Source: Basidiobolus meristosporus CBS 931.73 (taxonomy: Eukaryota > Fungi > Basidiobolomycota). From it: 64,000 nucleotides of DNA. Location of the stretch: NCBI GenBank assembly GCA_002104905.1, contig MCFE01000001.1, forward strand, positions 124,001-188,000, written 5' to 3'. Shown here one piece after another: positions 48,936-58,300 of the stretch (its first letter is position 1; each line of letters opens with the position of its first letter). A model generated the notes under the pieces. That model made no database searches. It saw nothing but the letters and a program-made list of their open reading frames with translations, and was not told the DNA's origin. Both the position numbers and the translations under genes were made by a program.

Positions 48936-49493
48936 ATTCCTTCATGTAGTTGTGGAGTTTAATGATAAATTATATTGCCTTTGAATTGATGTTTTGCCAA
49001 GTTTCCCTTGGTATTGGTTGTCAACATATGCCTGTAGAAGATCACTTGGCTCTGTCAGTATGTGTGTGCATTCACTCTCACTCTCACACACCTCCATGTT
49101 CCCAAACTCTTTCTTTCTTTCATCTCTATCCCAGCCTGGCTACCTAACCCAAGCCAGTCCAGAGCAAATATGCCCTCCAAACTCTTCTTGGGCAATATAT
49201 AAATACATACTCCAGTAAAAATAATTCCATATCATCCCTTTGAATTCTTTACCTCAACTCAAAGATACTCTTCACCCACCCCCACCTAGCCATCAGTATA
49301 CATCCATTTGTGTGCATGGGTGTATACTGGTGGCTAATTGATTTGCCAGTAGGCCTATTGCTAAGGAGTTTGGCAACTTCCTTCCATGTATTGCGTTCCT
49401 TGCCATTGCCACCCCTAACCCTATACACATTGCTCTGCTGCACTTACACTGAACAACTAATCTATCTACCCTCCCAGAAGGTTTTCCAAAGAG

Positions 49494-49566
49494 TTGCAAT
49501 TCTGGGTATTGATCCTAGTGCCTATTGCATGCAAAGCAATTGCTCTACCATTTGAGCTAAACCTGC
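49494..49566 (-). pseudogene. tRNA-Ala pseudogene (from Ala-CGC; anticodon now TGC)
   Basis: All 7 CpGs of the intact copy are lost; B box and acceptor stem are disrupted. Confidence 0.85.
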
Positions 49567-50071
49567 AAAGCCTGAGTGCCTTCATGTTGCCAATTACAAA
49601 TACAAATATTAATCAAGAAAAAGCTCAACACAAAGATTCAAGCCAGGGACCTTCTCTAAAGCTTGCACAACTTGCTCACTTGCACCCTCATTTGTGTTTT
49701 AAAATTGGCCTGGCCTGGCTTGGCTGACTGGCTGATTTGTTTTTCTTATCCCTCACTGTTGCCCAATTATTGCATTTAGTGCTTGAGTGACCTTGTCTTT
49801 TGTGACAGATACCTAGTATGCAAATATCCCCGCTACGTTTCTTAACAGGGTCTCATGTAGGCTGCTCTTCTTCCAGCATCTACTATGGCTGATTGCTATG
49901 CAGGAATGGAATGGTCTGGAGCTGGATCCACATTTATATACACCTCAGTATTATAGGAGATACTTGCTCTTTCTATTTGAATGGGGAATCCACACACTCT
50001 TGTTAGTTATTGCTTGGCTACGCACCTAGTATGCCATCAATTAGAAGACACTACTCACCTAAGTCTGTATA

Positions 50072-50155
50072 GCTGATTTGGCCAAGTGGTCTAAGGCAGG
50101 TGACTTAAGATCCCCTCCCTGAAACAGGGCGTAAGTTCAAACCTCACAGTCAGCA
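50072..50155 (+). pseudogene. tRNA-Leu(TAA), mutated copy, probable pseudogene
   Basis: Transitions in the D arm (GCCG>GCCA), variable arm and T arm (GTGAG>GTAAG, TTCG>TTCA). Confidence 0.75.
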
Positions 50156-50473
50156 TCTTTTGCTCTAATTAGCTTTGGCTCTCAAATGCTACCTAATGCT
50201 GTTACTATTATCCCATATATCTGTTCTTTTGGCTGATGCCACCCACTTATAGACACAGTGACCTCAATTGGGCCTCCAATCTAATCCCCAGCTGTCACTA
50301 CCTAGCTCCCCTCAGCTTTGCCATTGACAACACTTGTTTGTGCACCATTTGCTGTCTTACCTCAATTTAATTGCCTTTTGGCACAATAAGGTACATGCTG
50401 CTTGCTTGGTTGCACCATGATCTGACCCCTGGTTAATGCTCTTTGTTTTGATTAAGGTTTGTGAAGAGATTTT

Positions 50474-53400
50474 ACTGTTCGTGGAATCATCTGGGGATAG
50501 CATTTCCTTGTTGTCTCTGAGTTTGTTGCAGCTTTCTCTCTTCTGAACACAGGGTTGCCATTTGCCAAACCTGTGGTAAGGTCTGCTCCATTATTTCCAG
50601 GTGTTGTTTTATGGATATTTGCAACAAATCAATACTGTGCAGTTGCCAAGTGCTTGGTATTTTCATCTTGTAGCCATACAGGAGATAGGAAGATGTGTAG
50701 CCTGTTTCCTCATTTTGTGATGTCCACCAGATCAACCAGGCCATTAGAAGTTTCTTGTCCCAGTTTGTGTAATCTTAGCTTAGCTTCCCAATGGTTTGTT
50801 TCAACTTTTGGTTTAGACATTTTACCCTCCCATTTCCTTGTGGTTGGTACGCACTGCTATAGTGTGCGCATATGTTCAGATGTTCAAAAAGTGTTTTTAG
50901 GACTTTGTTTGTAATAGTGGATGCTTGGTTGCTGACAATGTGTGCTGGGCATCCATATATAGGGATGAACTCTGCTAATAGAAATCTGACTACAGCTTCT
51001 GTATTGCATTTTGCTCATGCTACTGCCATAGGCCATTGGGTAAGGAAGTCAATACTAATAGATATGTATCTATTTCCTTGCTATGTAGGAGGTATGGGGC
51101 CTATGAATTCTGGACTGATCACCTTGAATAGATACATAGCTTTGAGGTGCATTTGTTGGGGCATTGCATGTGGTAGTTGTTTTGCATAATTGTTGCATAT
51201 CCTGCATGCCTTAACCACTTGTACTGTTGCATATAGCTGTGGGGCACTATACTATTGTTTTACTTGGTCCCAAGTTCCTTGGATACCTAAGTGTATAGTG
51301 TTGTAAATTTGCTCCACCTCCTTGTATCCTTGTCATTCAGGTAGTACTTCCCAAGATGGTTGTTGCTTCAAGAAAAATCTGTTTTCTTTATGTAAAATTT
51401 TTTGACTTAGTTCTAGTATACTTTGTTTTATCTCCCAGGTAGCTCCCTCCACTAATGTTTCCATTTGTAGAAATTTCAGCGCTGCAAAATAATATGAAAG
51501 GGCCAACCCCTGAATGCTCCTGATTTGCTTGATCTGTGGAATTTTTAGTGGAATTTTGGTGACTTCTACCAGTCATGACAAGGCATGTGCAGGGTTCCTT
51601 TTTCTTTTTTGGTGATGTATTGAGAACATATACTCCATAAGAATTATACTACATCTGGCAATGTATCATACCAGGTTTGGCATGTTGAATAAATTTAATA
51701 ATGCTTGGTGGTCTGTATATAATCTAAAAGATTGCCCCACTAGGTAGTGTCAGAATTGTTTTATTGCCCAATAACCACTATGCCTTCCAGGTGTGAGCTA
51801 AAATAGATTCTTTCAGAGCCTTGTGTAGTACAACTGGCACATTGTAATAAACACTCTCTCCCATTTTGTTTGTTTGGCTGGGATAGGGTTGCACCTAACC
51901 TTTCTTTGGAAGCATCAGTTGTTAACCAAAATTCTTGGTCATAATCTGAGTATTGTAGTATAGGTGCTTTGGTAAATTGTTGTTTTAGTTCTTGGCAGGC
52001 ATTGTTCTGCGCTTGTTCCCATAAAAATCTATTGCCTGTCTTAGTCAAGTTGGTTAGAGGGTAAGCAATTTTAGCACAATCCTTATTAAAGCTCTGGAAG
52101 TGGCCCACTGACTGTAGAAAGAAAACTACTTCTTTACTGTCCTGTGGAGGTTGCATATTTATGTACTTGTCCACCCTGGCTGGGCCCATTGTGGTGGTGT
52201 ATAAGTCCAAGGGAGAGATATGTCCAACACTCCTCAAGTGTTTTGTGTGTGGGGTGCTCACCAGGTGCAATAACCACTGGCAAAAGCTTGCTAGGTATAC
52301 TTGGGTTTTGTCTCTACTCTATAGTGAAGGGGAATTAAGCCCCAAGCTTGTCAAGGGAAAACTATTGAGCTTCAATCCCCAACTTAGTTGGTATCTTAAC
52401 AAAAGTATGTGCTGGGTTCAGCATTCTTTGAGATAACAACTTACTAAAACTTACAAAGTCAAAGCAACTGCAAACTCCACCAGCAGGGACTTGATAAGAA
52501 TGCAGCTGTGGTCAATAGTTACAAAGCCAGAAAAGTATCTTTGCCTGTACAAGAACAAACTTGGGAAAGAGTCAAACATAATAAAAGATACATACTCAGA
52601 GTATTCCTCACAAGTAGTGCCTCCAAGGCCAGTTGGCTGTCAGCACAGTCTTCTGGGAGTGTCATGTGGTCAAAGGTTGGAGTTCAGGTAGTAGCAGATA
52701 GCAGTGATCACACTAATCAACAAGTTGGTATATTGATAAAAGGGATGATGATTTATTGCTGAGGGATTGCCTCCCTTATATACTTTTCTCACTGGCAAAG
52801 TGACTACTAATCATGGTGCTCCAGAAGGTTCTGGTGGATCAAATAGAAATCTTAATGGCATCAGAATGAGCTAAGAATGCTCTAAGTAGGTGCCAGAAGG
52901 TTCTAAGAGGCGCAGCACACCCAACCAATCAGGAATTGATATTCTGAAACCTGTGTAGCATAATGATACCATAAACAGTATGGAAATGGTAGGGATAGTG
53001 ACACAGTTTGGTCAGGTGTCATGGGTACTGGCACGGGTACCTGTCTAATGAAGAAGCACTTACGTCAAGTAACCTTACATAAAGTGAGGGATAACTTATG
53101 CAATAAGGTAAGCAGGGGTGATAGTCAGCCAGCTAATGAAATAATACTGATCAAGTAAGACAAATGTGATTAAACTGAAATAAGGGTAGTAGAGAAATAG
53201 GGAAGTAGAAAATATGGGAATGAGCACATCTGTCAGTGGGTGTGACTTTCACCCCACTACACTGTTTCCAATCCTTTATTGGATATCTTATGTCCAAGAT
53301 ATCAAAGTTTTTCTTCCATTTGAATGCATTTGGTTTGTTTGCGTTTCATGTTTGCATGTTGTAGGATCTTGAATACTTGTTGCAGATGGAATTGGTGTTC

Positions 53401-53900
53401 CTCCAGCCTTTTTGAGTAGATTATGATATTATCTATAGAGATGAGCACATAATTCCACAATTGCTCTCAAAAAAGGTGGTTCATTGCTTATTGAAATGTT
53501 GCTGAGGCATTTGTGGGACCAAAGGGCAAAATGTCAAACTCATATAGTCCCCATTTGGTGACAAAAGCTGTCTTTTCTTGACTGCTTGGTTCTATCATTA
53601 TCTGCCAGTAGCCAGAGGCAGCATCCAGGGTAGTATAGTAAGTAGCTTGGGCTAGTGCATCTAACAGTGCTTCAGTTTTTGGTAGAGGATAGGCATCCTT
53701 TTGATTGCATTAATTTTGATAGTCTTTATAGACGCATTTTATATCATTGTTTCTCTATAAACATGACTAAGGAAGCTCAAGGGGATGTAGATAGGGTTAC
53801 CACTTCTTGTTGTATCACCTCCTGTAGTTCTTGTTGAATTCAGTCATTTTCTTTTTTTGAGACTCTATAGTAAGATTGGGTTTGGGATTGAGAAGAGATT
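50474..53900 (-). mobile_element. Heavily degenerate Ty3/gypsy remnants (integrase, RNase H, RT fragments) with LTR-like segment
   Basis: FWLTTDASKERLGATLSQ (51761-52270); RT-like TLDAASGYWQI...KTAFVTKWGLYEF near 53.5-53.7 kb. Confidence 0.75.
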
Positions 53901-54074
53901 TTTGCTGAAAGGGAGCAATATGAGCCCAATCTGTAAACATGCCATTGGATTAATAATTGATATGGCAAGACTTATAATTCATTCTCAAGTATTATTCCAT
54001 AGCTTTTGGGTGGAATCAATTGCTACAGCTGATCATCCTTAAATAAGAGTTGTGGCAGAGTACTTTGCATTGCA

Positions 54075-54780
54075 ATATTCTGAGGAATATTGGAAGTGAT
54101 GTGGAGAACTAGAGGATTTACATGTTATTCACTTGTAGATTTATTGATTAAAAGTATGGGATTTATACTTTTAATAAGGTAGAGCAAAAAAACATGTAGA
54201 TTTTGTTAAGGAAGGTCCCAAGAATATGTGTGCAAAGTTTGGGGGCTTTTGGACAACTTTGAGAAAGATCATAATCTGGGTACCTGATAATTTGGTGAAA
54301 ATATTTTAAGTAAATCCCAACAAGAAATTTGGTCAGGACAGAATGCTAATCAAAGAATAAGATCTATGTGACTAATTTAGCATGAATATTTTGGTGACAA
54401 CTTAATAATTACAACACTTTGTACTTCTACTCCATTTGAGGCCTAGTATGGATACAGACCAAGTGCAGAGCACTCAATAATATTTGTTTGCACAGCAAAT
54501 GTTAACAAAATGCCCAAATTTCTTGATGGGATTTACTTAGAATACTTTCACCAAATTATCAGGTATCCAGATTGTGATCTCTCTCAGAGTTATCCAAAGG
54601 CCCCCAAACTTTGCACACATATTCTTGGGACCTTCCTTAACAAACTCTACATGTTTATTTGTGCTACTTCATCAAAAGTATAAATAACATGCTTCTGATC
54701 AATAAATCTACAAGTAAATACAATGTAAATCTTCTAGTTCTCCACATAACTTCCAATACTCCTCAGAATATTGCACAAAG
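54075..54780. repeat. Inverted pair of copia-LTR-related sequences (about 54075-54335 and 54510-54780)
   Basis: GGAAGGTCCCAAGAATATGTGTGCAAAGTTTGGGGGC and its reverse complement, with flanking similarity. Confidence 0.8.
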
Positions 54781-55304
54781 TCAGTCAAAATTTGAGCCAA
54801 AGAGTTATTCCCAAGTGCTTATAGTACCTGAAACTTCCCAAATGTGGTTTCTTTGCAACTAATAAAGAGCTATATAGCTATTGCCATGATAGGTCAATGC
54901 TGCTATATTGGCTTCCATAGCTGCTGTCCAGTTTTGACTTGAAGGGCCCGGAGAGTTTCCAGCACATCGTGGATAGACCAGACTGAAAAAGCAAACAATT
55001 TCTGAAGCCTCACTGACTCGAAGGATCCCGGATTGACTAGCAAACCAATCCGTCAATGAGTAATCTCCAATCTGGCTGTCAGTCAAGTGGAAACTCAAGA
55101 TGCGGTATTGGCTCGGAGGGGCATGGGGAAACTGCCAAAATATGGACCGCAGCGTTGGGGTTTTAAGCGCATCAAGTGATTTATTTCGGATCTTACGGCG
55201 GGGATCGGGGTATAAACATTAGTGGACGGGTGTATGAGTTGGGTAAATGGTAGGGGGGGGGGGCGGTGAGGGGAGAGGAGTGACTACTGAGGCGGCGATG
55301 GTGT

Positions 55305-58300
55305 TCACGCGCTCACCTTTCCCATTCGGAGGAGGGAGCGGACCAAGGGGCCGAGATACTGCTCCGCAAACGACGACAGGTAGAACTCGTGCTGAGCGTT
55401 GTGATCGGAGACGAAGTTGTGGGCGAGCTCGTGGCAGGCGACCATGAACCAGTAGAAGTGAACGTCGGCCGCCTCCGTCGGGGACACCGCCATCCGGGGG
55501 TGATGAAGGAGCAGGAAGTACCGTAGGTTGAAGAAGAGCGAGCGGCCCCGATTGAATGCTACGGTGGGCCCCTCCCGGTCGTAGTAGAGGTGCACCGAAG
55601 CGGGGTTCAGCTGGAACACCTGGACTAGAGTGGTCAACGTGTGGCCCATCAGGTGCAGCGAGTGCAGATTGCTTCCTGGCGCCATGGTGCTACCGTCGGG
55701 GGCGGTGAGCGAGCCGGTCAGCCGATCGAACTGCACCAAGGGGACGCTTTGCCCGGCCAGATCGCACGCGAACAACTCGCTGGAGGCCATCCCGGTCTCA
55801 AGGTAGAGATCGAACTGACCGATTCGCGCGCAATGAGCGAGTTTCTGCGGTGGGATCACGCTGCAGTAATGGTGGTGGGCCTCCCCGGTGTAGTCCTTCG
55901 GCGGGGGTGGGGTGGCCGCCTTCTCCGGCTCGCGACCGTCGAAGGCGTTGACGTTACGAACACACGAATCCACCGAGGATTTCAGCGATCGTTGCAGCAG
56001 CTCCGTGTGGTCGGGTCCGACCGTGTTCACCGGCTCCCCGCCGGGCTGGCTCGGGTTCGGGCTCGAGCTCGAGCTCTGGCTCTGGCTCTTGGGAGGTCGG
56101 GGAAGGCTGGGGAACCCACCAGGGATCGGCTGATGCTTGCTCTCGGAATCGTCGATCGTCGTGGTGGACGGGCCGGATGGCTTGTCGTAGCTCTTGTACC
56201 AATCGTTGATCCCGCTCTGGAAGCGACGGCTAAGCCTGTCCATCAGATTTGACGAGGTGGGGACGGGGGTGGGCGGTGTGGTGGCCGGTGGCTGGGGAGC
56301 GGGCTGCTTGCCACCCACGGCTGTTCGTTCCTTCTGCGTGGTGTGGTTGGGGAGGCGAGGGTACGTGTCGTCCAGCAGCCGGTTGCTCACTCGGGCAACG
56401 TGATCCCGTTTCTCCTCCAACAGGCAGGACTTCAGGTAATTCGGATCGCAATCCGGGAACATGGCTTGAAGCTGGCTGAAGTAGGGATTCAGGTGGGCGG
56501 GTAGCGGTGCGGGTTGCGTCGGGCCCTTGGGCTCGTAAGGTGGTGGCTGGTCACTGGCCGGTGATCCCTTCGGCGGGGTGGAGGACCGGGGTGGAGCGGG
56601 CTCAACGGGTTTCGGCGTTGCCGCCGGGGTCACCGCCTTCTGGTGGTTGAGGATTCGATCGACAGGGAAACCTTTGCGCTTCAGGTGCTGCAAGCTGGTG
56701 GAGAGTAGGGTCTCGAGTAGCAGCGCGTCGTTCAGCCGGGATTTGGAGAAAAGGATCTTGCATAGACAGGTGGCAATGTCGAACTCGTTGTAGTCCTGAC
56801 GGGAGATCAGGAGGAACACGGCGTCCCTCGGCGCGTCCACCCCGCGTAGCCCCCGCTCCAAGCAGGCGGTAGTGGCTTCGGTGTGGACCTGGTGGGTGGG
56901 GAGGAACTTGCGGTGGATGTGGATCTGATCCACCTCAAGCACCCGCAGTTTCGTGGCCAACCACTCGCTGGAGCGGAGCACTTTCGTGGACTGTTCTCGT
57001 TGGTAGTCGTAGATCAGCAGCGGGGCACGCTCTCGGATCAGATTCTGCAAAGCTTGGGATCGGCCACTCTGGGTGATCGCCCCCGTTGGCCGGGAAGACT
57101 CGGTCACTTGCTTCGATATCCAGGTGCTGCCCAGCTGCTCGTAGAACGTCTCCAGTAACGTCTCCATCGGCGCGTACCACGGGTTGAATGTCTTCTGGAG
57201 GACCGTGTCGTCCACCAGACAGATGTTGCCCGGGGATTCTAGGCGATACTCCAGCACCGAGGCTTCCGATACGTCCATCGGGTGTTGGTCGCTCTTCTTC
57301 TCCGCCATCGACTGGCCGCCTTTCTCCCGGACCGCGATCAGGAAGGGTCGACTCCTCATGGCCCTCATGATGTCAGAGTGCCGGGACAACGTCGGCATCT
57401 GGATGGCCAACTGTCGCAGCACTTGCAGGTAATGCTCGTATCCGTGGTCACGAGAGGCTTGGCCCGAGGTGTTGGCCGGGTTTCGCTGACAGGCCTCGAG
57501 GAACTTCGGAGGGTCTTTCGTGATGATGCGGGCCAGGTCGACTGGGGATGGCTCCTCTTGGACGCCGCACGCTTTCAGGAACAGGTTGGCGATCGGGCCG
57601 AAGTGGATGTAGGTGAAGAAGTCGTACTTGAAGTCGACCGTGTCGTTGATGAAATAGCATTCGCCCGGGGCCATCCAGTAAACCGGGGTCTCGTTGCTGC
57701 TCTGGACAGGGATGAACTTTAGGAACCGAAGCTTCTCCCAATCGGCCGAGGTAAAGTCCGCCTGTCGGCTGGCCAGGTACTCGAACACCCATCTGCCGTA
57801 GGTCGGATGTCCGGGCGGGCTTGCCTGCAGGAAGGTGATGAGCGTGGCCACCGGTGGCTGCTCCAGGATCCCGAATTTCTCCGCGTCCCGTCGCAGCTCC
57901 GGATGCACTATCTTGAATCCCATCACCTCGGAGGCGGGGTTGGCGTAGCATTCCGTAGGTTTCGCCATCGCCTCCGTCTTCGTAAACTGATCGCCCAGGG
58001 TGGCCCCCTTCGCCATCGAGTCCCCAGTCCCCGGCCGGGGGCTAAGGCGGGTGCAGGGAATCAAGGGGATCTGGATCTCCTCCCGACGGTACACCCGCTG
58101 GTAGTGGGAGGCAAAGTGCTCGATGAAGAATCTCAACGCATTCATCCGGGTTTCCGGGGATTCCGCGGTTGCCGCGATCAGCATGAGCCTGTCCAGCGGC
58201 GGGTTGGTTCTCAGACCCAACCTCTGAAGGAACTTCGCCTCCTCCGACGAGTCGCGCCACTTGTCGGGCCACGCGATCACCGGTAGCCCAAGGTTGGACA

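Larger units (their letters stand above)
48936..50473. repeat. About 1.54-kb segmental duplication, CpG-depleted copy
   Basis: Colinear with 40662-42203; most differences are C>T or G>A. Confidence 0.92.
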
